In this document: positions 7,211-16,893 of the stretch, piece after piece
How positions within the stretch are numbered: position 1 is the stretch's first letter
Layout of the letters: every line of letters begins with the position of its first letter
IMG/VR virus record: IMGVR_UViG_3300034152_000303
Location: 1-41,768 of that record
Source: a virus
Lineage: Duplodnaviria > Caudoviricetes
DNA length: 41,768 nucleotides
Strand: one strand, 5' to 3'
Notes under the pieces: model-generated
What the model was told of the DNA's origin: nothing
What the model saw: the letters and a program-made list of their open reading frames with translations, nothing else
Databases searched by the model: none
Made by a program: the position numbers and the translations under genes

Positions 7211-8164
7211 ATGCAACAACCTGCCGAAGACGCACTTGCTCTGCACTGGACAACAAGAGAAGTTGCAGTCAAGTGTCTCCGCAAATACTTTTTCAATTTC
7301 GTCTTAGGACTCAAACCAAACTGGGGTTCCACACCTTTACGCTATGGCAGTACATGGCACGCAGGAATGGAAGCCTTCTATCGAAACATCCAGAAGAATG
7401 GATGGGCCAAAGATGGTGGCGCCCTGACTGATGCTGTCAATGCTATAGAAAAGAAGTGGGAAGAAGAAACTGTCCTATTTCCTCTCTGGAACAGCGATTA
7501 CAGGACAAAGGAAAACTGCCTGCAATCACTTCTCGCTTACATCAATCACTTTGCTGCTGACGAAGGTCACCTTAAAGTCATTGAGGTTGAGCGCTTCTTC
7601 AGAATCCCCATCACACCCACTGAGCAAGAGCAAGAGAGGTTCCCTCACCTGGAGCCATTCTGGTTTGAAGGAAGGATAGATTTGGAAGTCTTTCTGGATG
7701 GCCGTTACTGGCAGATGGATCACAAAACCACTGGACAGAATCTTACCCTACAAGCATCACGACTCCAGCGAAGCGGCCAGGCTATTGGCTACACTTTCGC
7801 TGGTGAACTGGAGCTGGATCAAGAAAGCGATGGTCATTTGATTGTGCTTCACCACCTCTCTGCTTACAAAAGCAAAGTCACTGGGGAATACGGGAAGCCA
7901 AAGATTGACTTCAGCAGAATACCCATGCTCTATGATGAATTCGATGTTGCTGACTGGATGGAAGGTTCAATGGAGATAGCTCAGCGTCTGCAGATAGCAA
8001 GAAGGTCAGGCGTTTGGCCAATGGAGCATGGTTCCTGTTACACTTACGGAAGGTGTGCTTATTGTGATCTCTGTGAGAGCAAGCTAACGCTTTGTGAAAT
8101 CATCGAGAAGGGCGACAGCTTCGAGAACTATCATCTTGCAGACCCACATTTCAAAAACGCTTAA
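7211..8164 (+). CDS. PD-(D/E)xK Cas4/RecB-like exonuclease with putative Fe-S Cys ligands
   Basis: CLRKY, GSTWH, E..GRIDL, MDHKT, QAIGY, C-terminal CYTYGRCAYCDLC; SD AAGGAG before ATG 7211. Confidence 0.85.
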   Translation: MQQPAEDALALHWTTREVAVKCLRKYFFNFVLGLKPNWGSTPLRYGSTWHAGMEAFYRNIQKNGWAKDGGALTDAVNAIEKKWEEETVLFPLWNSDYRTKENCLQSLLAYINHFAADEGHLKVIEVERFFRIPITPTEQEQERFPHLEPFWFEGRIDLEVFLDGRYWQMDHKTTGQNLTLQASRLQRSGQAIGYTFAGELELDQESDGHLIVLHHLSAYKSKVTGEYGKPKIDFSRIPMLYDEFDVADWMEGSMEIAQRLQIARRSGVWPMEHGSCYTYGRCAYCDLCESKLTLCEIIEKGDSFENYHLADPHFKNA

Positions 8165-8182
8165 ATAGAAAGGAGGTATCTA

Positions 8183-8944
8183 TTGCCCGAGAAAGCGGAC
8201 GAGGTCGCCTTTGACGCCATCAACTTAAAGATCATGCTTCTCGGCGATTACGGTTCTGGTAAATCTCATTTCGCTTCTACCTTCCCAGGCCCCATCTACG
8301 TATTTGACTTTGATGGACACATCCTTGGCTACCGCCACAGAGATGATGTTTGGTTTGATCAGTTTGAACTGTCCTATCTTGGATGGGTCAAATTTGAGAA
8401 GACCTTAAAGCAAGTGCAGAAGATGGTGGAGGAGAAAGAGATCAGTACTGTAGTCGTCGACAGCATGACGTCAATGGCTGACATTGCCATGGAGCGGGCA
8501 CTCCAGTTAGACCCGAAAAGAGGAAGTGATGAAGGCCCTCTCTGGAATGTCCATTATCAGATCGTGAAGAACCTGATGGAAGCCAAGCTTCATAAGATTC
8601 TCACCTTCAATGCAAACGTCATCTTCAATGGACACTGGAAACTTCAGATGGATAGTAAGACAGGAGCAATTATAGGAGCTGATCCCATGCTCACAGGACA
8701 ATTGTCCGTCAAGATTCCTGGCTATTTTGACGAAGTGTACTGGTGTCAGGCAAAAACCATAGGGTCGAAGACGGAACACTGGATGCACCTTATCACAAGG
8801 GGCCATTACAAAGCCAGGAGCCTGCTTTCAGGGTCACAACGTCTTCTCCCTGAAAAGCTGCCCAATGACTATCCAAGCTTAAGGAAGGCCATTGACAAGC
8901 TGATAGAAAACGGACAGCTTAAGGTCACGAAGAAAGGAAAGTAG
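8183..8944 (+). CDS. AAA_24/Sak4-like P-loop ATPase (putative recombinase)
   Basis: Walker A GDYGSGKS, Walker B VVVDS, IPGYFDEV, KARS; lies between exonuclease and SSB-like gene. Confidence 0.8.
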   Translation: MPEKADEVAFDAINLKIMLLGDYGSGKSHFASTFPGPIYVFDFDGHILGYRHRDDVWFDQFELSYLGWVKFEKTLKQVQKMVEEKEISTVVVDSMTSMADIAMERALQLDPKRGSDEGPLWNVHYQIVKNLMEAKLHKILTFNANVIFNGHWKLQMDSKTGAIIGADPMLTGQLSVKIPGYFDEVYWCQAKTIGSKTEHWMHLITRGHYKARSLLSGSQRLLPEKLPNDYPSLRKAIDKLIENGQLKVTKKGK

Positions 8945-8945
8945 T

Positions 8946-9476
8946 ATGGCTAAAAAATCAACAAAGAAAAAGGAGAAAGAGAAAATGCCGGAAGAAAACT
9001 TTGACGAAAGCGTACAGGCTGACATCGACACTGACTTCAACCTGGACGACGACTACAAACCGGAACCGCTCATCAAGAACGGCAAGTACAAAGGGAACAT
9101 CACAGGCGTAGCCCTGGATCTGGAGAAGGGATCAGTCGATTGGACGGTCGTTCTGGATGGCAACGGCGGCTTCATGTCGGACGGAGAAACGGAGATCGAT
9201 GGAAGCGAACACAAGTTCTCCAACTGGTTGCCCAAGGCCAGTGACAAGGACGAGAAGACCAAGTCTGGCAGGAACAAATGGCAGGTGAAGGTCAATATGC
9301 TGAAGCGCTTCGCTGACAACATGCAGATCGACATGAACAGCATGGATCAGATTCAGTTTGCCATCGAAGACCAGGAATGGGTCGGCCTCCCTGTCACCTG
9401 TGACATGAAGATCGAAACCTATCAAGGGGTGCACCGTTCCAGAATCAACGACATGACACTTCGAAGCGAAGGATAG
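8946..9476 (+). CDS. Putative ssDNA-binding protein (DUF669-like); start may be 8985
   Basis: Acidic N-terminus, EPLIKNGKY, ETYQG..SRI; position after Sak4-like ATPase. Confidence 0.6.
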   Translation: MAKKSTKKKEKEKMPEENFDESVQADIDTDFNLDDDYKPEPLIKNGKYKGNITGVALDLEKGSVDWTVVLDGNGGFMSDGETEIDGSEHKFSNWLPKASDKDEKTKSGRNKWQVKVNMLKRFADNMQIDMNSMDQIQFAIEDQEWVGLPVTCDMKIETYQGVHRSRINDMTLRSEG

Positions 9477-9531
9477 CGGGCCCGGCCAGCCATTAGCAAC
9501 TGCATCCTCTGTAGAGGTGGCTGGTTCTCAT

Positions 9532-9597
9532 GGGAGGAAAGAGAAAACGCTGGCGGAACGTTGGAGTCCCAAGAGCAGTAATCTTTCCTCCCTTTTT
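9532..9597 (+). terminator. Long-stem terminator-like or processing structure
   Basis: GGGAGGAAAGA/TCTTTCCTCCC 11-bp stem, 39-nt interior, then TTTTT. Confidence 0.55.
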
Positions 9598-9611
9598 CAG
9601 GAGAAAATATC

Positions 9612-9845
9612 ATGGAAGTTTTTAAAAGTATAACTGTAACTGGTAAACTGCCGGGCAATCGCGAGCTGACAGTCCATAGAACCAAAACTACTTCAGGCTT
9701 TGATGGTATCTCTATAAAGAGAAGCAAGACTGGTCTCGGCGATGGAGCTGGCATCATACACACTTCCTTCGACCTAACTGTAGAAGAGGCAGCAGATATA
9801 ACTAAACTTCTACAAGAAATAGTCGATTATGAAATGAGGTTTTGA
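9612..9845 (+). CDS. Hypothetical protein
   Basis: SD AGGAG. Confidence 0.7.
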   Translation: MEVFKSITVTGKLPGNRELTVHRTKTTSGFDGISIKRSKTGLGDGAGIIHTSFDLTVEEAADITKLLQEIVDYEMRF

Positions 9846-9846
9846 C

Positions 9847-10068
9847 ATGAAACTGCAACAGCTCAAGTATGATATCCTCACCTTAAATGAGTCAGAACAA
9901 AGAGCTGTCTTCTATGAGTATTACGAAGCGAGAGAGAAAGATCTTGCCAAACCTCCCGCCTCTGTCAGGAAGAAGGCAGCGTCTACCAAAAAGAGAGAGA
10001 AGAAAGGCCCAACCTTAAAGGTAAACCCAGAACAACTGGAACTGCTGCGTAAACTCAAACTGATATAG
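9847..10068 (+). CDS. Hypothetical basic protein
   Basis: SD GAGGT; in operon. Confidence 0.7.
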   Translation: MKLQQLKYDILTLNESEQRAVFYEYYEAREKDLAKPPASVRKKAASTKKREKKGPTLKVNPEQLELLRKLKLI

Positions 10069-10075
10069 GTGCATC

Positions 10076-10546
10076 ATGCTATATATTGCTCAACCTTATT
10101 CACATGCCTACCCTCCTATCAGAGAAGAGCGTTATCAGAATGCTCTCTTTGCCTTGAACGAATTCCAGAAGCAAGGCATCATTGCCTACAGCCCGATTAC
10201 CCACTGGCACCCGGCAGATGTAAAATTTAATAGAGGGATCCCAAGAGAATATCTTATGGCTCATGCCAAGATTATGGTCGGCTTGTGCTGGGGATTGGTG
10301 GTACTGGATTTAGAAGGCTGGATGCTATCTGATGGAGTGTATGAGGAATTCAGATGGGCTAAGAAAGATAAAAAACCCACAGGACTGGTAGACTGGAGGA
10401 GGCTATTAAATGGAGAAATTATTGCTAAACCCCTCGGAGATTACCGTAAGGGAAGGACTGGAGCGTTATCGACAAGATCTTGGGGACCTGAAGAGCTTAA
10501 AGAAAAGCATAGAGAGGCACGGGCAAATACTTCCAATCGTCATTAA
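10076..10546 (+). CDS. DUF1937-like / nucleoside deoxyribosyltransferase-like protein
   Basis: LYIAQPYSH, YSPITHWHP, LEGWMLSDGVYEEF pattern. Confidence 0.7.
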   Translation: MLYIAQPYSHAYPPIREERYQNALFALNEFQKQGIIAYSPITHWHPADVKFNRGIPREYLMAHAKIMVGLCWGLVVLDLEGWMLSDGVYEEFRWAKKDKKPTGLVDWRRLLNGEIIAKPLGDYRKGRTGALSTRSWGPEELKEKHREARANTSNRH

Positions 10547-11708
10547 CAGGAAGAGGGAGCTTATAGATGGTGGCAGGCGACTTGCTGTCCTCATGGAGTT
10601 GGGCAAAGAGGTTCAGGCGGTATACCACGATGCTGTGGATGAGCTGGAGATGCGCCAATTGGAACTCGAAGCCAACTTCCACAGGAAGGATTTTACCCCA
10701 GCTGAACAAGCTTTCGCTGTCCGTGATCTTCACAGACTTATGGAGTCACAGCATGGTAAATCTCACCCTGGGGCTTCGGGAGGCTGGACTCTCGATGACA
10801 CTGCAAAGAAGCTCAAGGTCTCAAGAGGATCAGTCATTGAGAAATTCAAGCTGGCTGAAATTGTGGATGCCTTTCCCGAGCTTAAGAATGCAAAGAAGGC
10901 AACTGACATTAAGAAGGCAGCAAAAGCTCTAACCAAGTTGAACATGACAGTGCAGGGATTCAAGAAACATGAAGAATACCTGAAAGAAAAGGAGGTGCCG
11001 TTTGAGTTACACTGTAAAGATGCCCTTGATTTCATGGCAACTGTCGAAGACGGATCAGTTGATATTGTCCTTACTGACCCTCTCTATGGCATTGAACACC
11101 ACAGAGTCGGCATTGGAGGTGGCGGCGAAACAGGCGGAAGAAGTGGAACAGGATACAAATTCGACGATTCTGTCGAGCCAGCTCTTAGAGGTTATGACTT
11201 CCTTGCACAGGAAAGTTTCAGATTTACAACAAACACTGCTCAAGCATACGTCTTCCTCGCTATGGAACACTTCAATGGTATTAAAGATCTTTTCCGAAAG
11301 GCAGGTTGGCGAGTCTATGTCAAGCCTATCATCTGGGTTAAGCGTGAGACTGGGCAATGCAACCTGCCAACTCACTGGCCTGCTGACTGTTACGAAGCTA
11401 TTCTGTTTGCAAGAAAAGACGAAAGCAGACTCTTAAAAGAGGGTATGCCTAACTGGATAGAATGTCTGCCTCTCAACCCATCTGAGAAGATTCACCAGTA
11501 TGAGAAGCCGGTGGCCCTTCTGGATAACCTCTTAAAGAGGAGTGCTCTTCCAGGCAGCAAGCTCATTGACCCTTTCATGGGGTCTGCAAGTGCAATAGAA
11601 GCAGGTATTAAACGCAACCTCTACTGCATTGGCGTTGACAACTCACAAGAGGCATACGCTTTTGCAGTTGAAAGGATGGCAAGGGTCAGTAAAGAGATCA
11701 AAAATTGA
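10410..11708 (+). CDS. ParB/Srx-HTH fused to beta-class N6A/N4C DNA methyltransferase
   Basis: GQILPIVI..LIDGGRRL, EANFHRKD, HTH WTLDDTAKKLKVSRGSV; MTase motifs TDPLY, HQYEKP, IDPFMGSAS. Confidence 0.88.
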   Translation: MEKLLLNPSEITVREGLERYRQDLGDLKSLKKSIERHGQILPIVINRKRELIDGGRRLAVLMELGKEVQAVYHDAVDELEMRQLELEANFHRKDFTPAEQAFAVRDLHRLMESQHGKSHPGASGGWTLDDTAKKLKVSRGSVIEKFKLAEIVDAFPELKNAKKATDIKKAAKALTKLNMTVQGFKKHEEYLKEKEVPFELHCKDALDFMATVEDGSVDIVLTDPLYGIEHHRVGIGGGGETGGRSGTGYKFDDSVEPALRGYDFLAQESFRFTTNTAQAYVFLAMEHFNGIKDLFRKAGWRVYVKPIIWVKRETGQCNLPTHWPADCYEAILFARKDESRLLKEGMPNWIECLPLNPSEKIHQYEKPVALLDNLLKRSALPGSKLIDPFMGSASAIEAGIKRNLYCIGVDNSQEAYAFAVERMARVSKEIKN

Positions 11709-11719
11709 CAATTTACTTA
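11686..11719. promoter_or_regulatory. 33-bp palindrome, copy 4 (1-nt insertion)
   Basis: TCAGTAAAGAGATCAA-AAA-TTGACAATTTACTTA over the ParB-MTase stop codon. Confidence 0.65.
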
Positions 11720-11732
11720 GAAGGAGGCAGCT

Positions 11733-12176
11733 TTGAAAAAGAAAGGTAATCGTCCATTCCGGGATAGAGGTCAGCAACCGATCATGCCTGGCCAAAACAT
11801 CATGACTAACATCAACCCAGCAAATTGTCCTGCATTTGTCTGCGGCCAATGCGGAGGCAACATCTTCGTAGATGCAAAGAGGCTTCACTTTGTGTCTGCC
11901 CTTCAGAGCCCAATTGGAAGGGAAGGCATTGGCTTTACACCTGCTGGCTATCTCTGCGCAGGATGCGGTAGCCTGAACACTATGGTTAAAGAAGGAGAAG
12001 AACGTGGCCCAGAAATCCCAGACCATTTTAAGGATAACCAACCTCAAGACGGGGGAAGAGGTGGCCTTGGACTTGGAGTATCAGGCTCAGGAACTCAGGA
12101 GAATAAACAAGAGTCTGATGGAGATCAACCAGAATCTGAAAAGACTGCTGACGATCCTGGAGACCCCTACCCTTAA
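11733..12176 (+). CDS. Zn-ribbon protein with disordered C-terminal tail
   Basis: SD AAGGAGG, TTG start; CGQC...VSALQSP...CAGC. Confidence 0.75.
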   Translation: MKKKGNRPFRDRGQQPIMPGQNIMTNINPANCPAFVCGQCGGNIFVDAKRLHFVSALQSPIGREGIGFTPAGYLCAGCGSLNTMVKEGEERGPEIPDHFKDNQPQDGGRGGLGLGVSGSGTQENKQESDGDQPESEKTADDPGDPYP

Positions 12177-12222
12177 GCAGGCTAAAGATATGCACATGCT
12201 TTCAATCTTAAACAGGGAGTAG
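12004..12222 (+). CDS. Small coiled-coil protein overlapping the previous ORF
   Basis: SD AAGGAG before GTG; ends just before the polymerase start. Confidence 0.6.
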   Translation: MAQKSQTILRITNLKTGEEVALDLEYQAQELRRINKSLMEINQNLKRLLTILETPTLKQAKDMHMLSILNRE

Positions 12223-12225
12223 AAC

Positions 12226-14691
12226 ATGAAAGTTGACACCATTGGCCCAGTAAACGCACAAATCATGCTTGTAGGAGAGGCCCCTGGAGCAGACGAAGAT
12301 AGAGTCGGCAAGCCTTTTGTGGGCTACGCAGGCAGGACACTCGACAAGCTGTTGCGCGCCGCTGGTATCAACCGCCACGAGTGCTTGATTACAAACATAG
12401 CAAGAGAGCGTCCTCCTGGGAACAAAATATCCTTCTTCTTTGAGGACTCCAAATGCACGAAACCAAAGCCGATTATGCAAGGTTGGCTTGAGGAATTAAA
12501 GCAAGACATTAGGACACTGAAGCCCAATATAGTGGTAGCCTTAGGAGCCCATGCTAATTGGGCACTTCTTGGAGAGAATGCTATTGCTAATTACAGAGGA
12601 TACATTCAAGAGAGTACCCTCGTCCCTGGGCAGAAGGTGATCTCTACTTACCACCCACAAGCTGTCAATTATGACTGGACTCTCCACTTCTCTGTCATAA
12701 TGGACTTAAAGAAGGCTTTACTAAACAGCTATATTCCTGACCTTCCTCAAGACAACAGACGGCTTGTTGCAAACCCATCTAAGAGGGAGTTCACAGACTT
12801 TCTCTATTACCTCTTGCATGACCACAAAGATCCTGTGTGCGTAGATATTGAGACGTTATCTCCTGGCTGTCACATAGATATTATAGGCCTTGCTGATAAC
12901 CCAATGCACGCTTTAAGCTTTCGCTTCTTGAGGGATAGAAAGGCGAGGTTTAAACCAGAAGACGAACTCGAATTATGGCTGCTTCTGGCTCAGGTTCTTA
13001 CAAGCAAACCTGTTGTTGGTCACAACCTTGCATTTGACTTGGCGGTTCTCTACTGGCACAACGGTATCTATGTACCTGATCCTTACTTCGATACCATGAT
13101 AGCAACGCATGTCTGCTGGCCGGAAGTTCCAAGGAGTCTTGGCTTCCTTTCAAGCATCTGTTTAAATGTACCTATGTGGAAGCAGACAGCGGCGGAGAGT
13201 CCTACCTTATATAATGCCGCCGATGCTGCCAATACATACGGCTGTATGCAATTCATGGAGAGGGAATTAGATAAAGGCTTTAGGGATACATTCTCTTTCG
13301 AGATGTCCCAGATTGAGCCTGCTACTTTCCTCCAATTACAGGGCACAATCATTGATAAGGAGAAGCAACAGGAAACTCTAACCTCCATTGAGGAGAAGTT
13401 TGAAGTCCTCAGGGCTGAGCTATCTGAAGCTCTTGGTCAGAATGTTATCTTCCATTCTTCTGAAGGAGCAGGACTGAACATTAATAGTCCTCAGCAGCTT
13501 CAAAAGCTACTCTATATTGACATGGGTCTGCCAGCTCAACACAAGAGAAGACAAAGCAGGTTTGATCCAAAGAAACTGACAGCTGACGAAGAGGCATTGG
13601 AAAAGCTTGGAAGGATTACTGACAATCCAATCCTTCAAAAGATTATCGAAGCCAAGAAGCTGGCAAAGCTAAAAACATTCATCAGCATTGACATTTCACC
13701 TGCCAACAAAGTCCATACTTCCTACAACATCACAGGCGCTACCATGTCCAGGGAGAAGAAGGGGCTGATAATTGACGACGAGAGTCAATATCGTTCCTTT
13801 GGAAGATGGAGTTCCTCCAAGAGTATCATCTTGCCTTATGGCAGCGGCAATCACCAAAACATTCCTTACGAAGCCAGGAAGATGTACGTCCCACCTCCTG
13901 GTTATGAGATCATTCAAGCGGATTACGTTCAAGCTGAGGCAGTCGTTGTTGCCTATGAGATCAGAGATATCAAGCTGACAAGAATGTTCAAAGATTCCTT
14001 TGGCCTTTCCCCAAGAGAGAGGAAGAAAAAGGGCTTTGATGTTCACAGGCTCACTGCTTCCAGCATGTTTGGCATTCCTCTTGAAGAGGTCACTGACGAG
14101 CAGAGAAAGGTTGGAAAGACGCTAAGGCATGCTACCAACTACTCCGCTGGCCCGGCTGTCCTCATGCGCAAGCTTGGCGTCTCAATGAAGGAAGCAAAGT
14201 ACCTCCTCCAGATGTTCTTCCAGGGAACTCCCCAACTCCCTCTCTGGCACAGGGTTATTCAACAGCAGCTCAGGGATAATGGAAGGGTATTGACAAACCT
14301 ACTGGGAAGGGCGCACAAATTTCTGGATAGGTGGCCAGCCCCAGGACAGGATGGTACCCTCTTTAGAAGTGCCTATTCTTTCAAACCCCAGAGCACAGTA
14401 GGAGATCTGCTAAACACCGCACTTGTGTGTTTTTACAGTCAGTACGGTGAAGGCAGATCTCTTGCCCTTCAACTCCATGACGCTATCTATGTATATAGTC
14501 CTCTTGGAATGGATAACAGACTTCTTACCCTCTCCATGCTTTGGAACTGTATGAAGATAGAGCTTTGCTCAAGTTATGGGGACAAGTACTTCATTGACGT
14601 TGACTTCTCCGCCGGCCCAAGTTGGGGCGAGACCAAAGAGATCGACATTGGCACTAAACAAATTGAGGAGATGCAATCATGCCTGTTGTAA
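12226..14691 (+). CDS. polA: Family A DNA polymerase with N-terminal family-4 UDG domain and 3'-5' exonuclease
   Basis: UDG VGEAPG, GKPFVG, RPPGN, YHP; Exo DIET, HNLAFD, YNAAD; motif A DYVQAE, motif [14 protein letters not shown], motif C LHDA. Confidence 0.93.
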   Translation: MKVDTIGPVNAQIMLVGEAPGADEDRVGKPFVGYAGRTLDKLLRAAGINRHECLITNIARERPPGNKISFFFEDSKCTKPKPIMQGWLEELKQDIRTLKPNIVVALGAHANWALLGENAIANYRGYIQESTLVPGQKVISTYHPQAVNYDWTLHFSVIMDLKKALLNSYIPDLPQDNRRLVANPSKREFTDFLYYLLHDHKDPVCVDIETLSPGCHIDIIGLADNPMHALSFRFLRDRKARFKPEDELELWLLLAQVLTSKPVVGHNLAFDLAVLYWHNGIYVPDPYFDTMIATHVCWPEVPRSLGFLSSICLNVPMWKQTAAESPTLYNAADAANTYGCMQFMERELDKGFRDTFSFEMSQIEPATFLQLQGTIIDKEKQQETLTSIEEKFEVLRAELSEALGQNVIFHSSEGAGLNINSPQQLQKLLYIDMGLPAQHKRRQSRFDPKKLTADEEALEKLGRITDNPILQKIIEAKKLAKLKTFISIDISPANKVHTSYNITGATMSREKKGLIIDDESQYRSFGRWSSSKSIILPYGSGNHQNIPYEARKMYVPPPGYEIIQADYVQAEAVVVAYEIRDIKLTRMFKDSFGLSPRERKKKGFDVHRLTASSMFGIPLEEVTDEQRKVGKTLRHATNYSAGPAVLMRKLGVSMKEAKYLLQMFFQGTPQLPLWHRVIQQQLRDNGRVLTNLLGRAHKFLDRWPAPGQDGTLFRSAYSFKPQSTVGDLLNTALVCFYSQYGEGRSLALQLHDAIYVYSPLGMDNRLLTLSMLWNCMKIELCSSYGDKYFIDVDFSAGPSWGETKEIDIGTKQIEEMQSCLL

Positions 14692-15137
14692 AGATATACA
14701 CTGATGGGTCTTGTAGGGGAAACCCTGGCCCTGGTGGATGGGCAGCGATCCTCTGTTACAAGCACCCAAATACTGGAGTTGAACACACAAAAGAGTTATT
14801 TGGTGGAGTCAAGAACACAACAAATAACAGGATGGAACTAACCGCTGTAATTGAGGGGCTTCTTGCTCTTAATAAGGAATGTCAGGTAGAAATACTTACT
14901 GATAGTCAGTATGTCAGAGACGGCTTAATGTGGAGTGAAAGGTGGAAGGCAAACGGCTGGAAGACCGCAAGCAAAAGACCTGTCAAGAATAAAGACTTGT
15001 GGCTCCAGTTAATTGCAGCTTGTAAGCAACACTCCGTTAGGTTCAACTGGCTACCGGCGCACGCTGGCATACCTATGAACGAAAGAGCTGATACCCTCGC
15101 CCAGCGAGAAAGCGGAAGAGTTGCAAATGGCGATTAA
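14679..15137 (+). CDS. rnhA: Ribonuclease HI
   Basis: [45 protein letters not shown]. Confidence 0.96.
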   Translation: MPVVKIYTDGSCRGNPGPGGWAAILCYKHPNTGVEHTKELFGGVKNTTNNRMELTAVIEGLLALNKECQVEILTDSQYVRDGLMWSERWKANGWKTASKRPVKNKDLWLQLIAACKQHSVRFNWLPAHAGIPMNERADTLAQRESGRVANGD

Positions 15138-15345
15138 AAGAAACCACCACTCAATCTGGAAGACTGATGTAGGGGGACAACCTCTTAAGGTGTGTACTAA
15201 CTGTCCCTTTCATACACCAGTTGGTCTCTACTTTTGCTGTATGGATTTCGACTCAAGGTATAGCCCAGCAGCAAAAGCGTTTGTCTCACCAAACTGTAAA
15301 CTGATAGAGGTTACCTGGAGCGTAGAGTATGAGCAGGAAGCTTGA
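15127..15345 (+). CDS. Small Cys-rich protein
   Basis: CTNCPF..CC..C; in operon. Confidence 0.65.
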   Translation: MAIKRNHHSIWKTDVGGQPLKVCTNCPFHTPVGLYFCCMDFDSRYSPAAKAFVSPNCKLIEVTWSVEYEQEA

Positions 15346-16543
15346 AAACTGGATAGACGGCTACCTGCAATATACTCAACATACTGAAAGCGCAAGCATC
15401 TTTCACAAGTGGGTAGCCTTTTCTACAATCGCAGGTGCACTACAAAAGAAAGTGTGGTTCAATTTTGGAAGGATACGTTTACACCCTAACTTATTCGTGG
15501 TATTTGTTGCTGAGCCCGGGATTGCTCGCAAGACTCAGGCGATTTCGTTTGGGGAAGAGATTACAGCAGAGGTACCTGCTATTATCCGTTCAGCGGATGC
15601 CATCACACCTCAAGCGTTGTTGGAAGATCTTGAGCTTGCCAGGATGGAAGAGCAGCTACAAGACGGAAGTGTGTTCGAACATAACAGCTTGTCAATTATA
15701 TCTGGTGAGTTCGAATCTTTTCTTGGTCAAAGAGGTGACAATCAGAAGATGATAGTCTTGCTTACTGACCTATTTGACTGTAAGCATAGACCATATAGAT
15801 ATAGAACCAAAGCTTCTGGTACAAATGTCATCTCCTCCGTCTTCCTGAACCTTCTTGCAGCCACCACGCCTGATAGCTTGGCATCAGCCTTGCCTGCTAA
15901 AGCAATAGGCGGTGGTCTTACAAGCAGGATTATGTTCGTCTGGGCTGACGACAAAGCACAGAAGGTGGATGTTCCTGAATTAAACCAAGCTATCATGGAC
16001 ATGAAACAGCTGCTGATCATGGATCTTGATTCCATCAACAGGCTTGCGGGCGGGTATAACTTCACGACTACCAGTAGGAAGTGGTGGAAGAAATGGTACG
16101 ACAGCTTTGATGAAAGAGGTTCTAAGCGTCTATGCAAAGATCCCGCATTCCGTGGCTGGTACAGCAGAAAGCCAATGTTCGTCCTCAAGCTTGGGATGGT
16201 TCTTGCAGCAGCTAAACGAAATACTCTTACCGTCACAGAAGAAGAGTTCGAAGAGGCACTTGTTCATATTCAAGAGGTTGAAGCTGAAATGGCTAACGCC
16301 TTCATTGCAGTGGGTAAGAGCGAGGTAGCTGCAGAAGTGGCGGTAGTTGCTAAGATCATAGAGCAGGAAAAGGTTATAGAGGAAAAGCACTTACTTCAAC
16401 GGGTGTGGAGAGATATTGACTCCAACAAGTTTGATAACGTAATCCAGACCCTTCTGAAATCTGGTGTAGTCAAGAGGCTTTATGCCAGAAAGATAGAGGG
16501 CAAAACAGTGAAAGGAGTATGGTACAGATGGATTGGAAAATGA
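15329..16543 (+). CDS. DUF3987/YfjI-like P-loop NTPase (putative replicative helicase)
   Basis: PNLFVVFVAEPGIARKT, ITPQAL, GEFESF, LTDLFD, LAATTP, GGGLTSR. Confidence 0.75.
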   Translation: MSRKLENWIDGYLQYTQHTESASIFHKWVAFSTIAGALQKKVWFNFGRIRLHPNLFVVFVAEPGIARKTQAISFGEEITAEVPAIIRSADAITPQALLEDLELARMEEQLQDGSVFEHNSLSIISGEFESFLGQRGDNQKMIVLLTDLFDCKHRPYRYRTKASGTNVISSVFLNLLAATTPDSLASALPAKAIGGGLTSRIMFVWADDKAQKVDVPELNQAIMDMKQLLIMDLDSINRLAGGYNFTTTSRKWWKKWYDSFDERGSKRLCKDPAFRGWYSRKPMFVLKLGMVLAAAKRNTLTVTEEEFEEALVHIQEVEAEMANAFIAVGKSEVAAEVAVVAKIIEQEKVIEEKHLLQRVWRDIDSNKFDNVIQTLLKSGVVKRLYARKIEGKTVKGVWYRWIGK

Positions 16544-16893
16544 TTCTTGAAAAGATGTTTGCTGTATTGGTAATCTTGGCAGTGCTCTTCGTGGTAGTTG
16601 GGAAGTGTATTGCTGCTCCCTTCCTTATCTGCGATCCACAAGCTGGAGTTACCCATTATAAGCTACAATGGCAAGGCTTTAGTGAACAAATTCTGCCGGC
16701 GCAAGCTGATGGGAGTCTAAAGTATGATCTTGTAAATTATTCTGGAGATAGTCCAGCACAAGTGTGGGCAGGTAGCGAAGCCATTCTGGATGGAGTACCC
16801 CAGGGAGTGTACAACTGGAGTACCCCTGTCCCTTTCGTATTGCAGTTTATGAAACCGTCAGCTCCTTCTGGCGTGGCTTTATCAGGAGAGTAA
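16540..16893 (+). CDS. Exported small beta-sandwich (FN3-like) protein
   Basis: ATGA coupling; signal peptide ending CIA-A; APFLICDPQ...WSTP..KPSAP. Confidence 0.7.
   Translation: MILEKMFAVLVILAVLFVVVGKCIAAPFLICDPQAGVTHYKLQWQGFSEQILPAQADGSLKYDLVNYSGDSPAQVWAGSEAILDGVPQGVYNWSTPVPFVLQFMKPSAPSGVALSGE

Noticed and set aside
7211-8164. Cas4-like gene as part of a CRISPR-Cas system
   Set aside because: No cas1/cas2 or repeat-spacer array seen; context fits an exonuclease-Sak4-SSB recombination module
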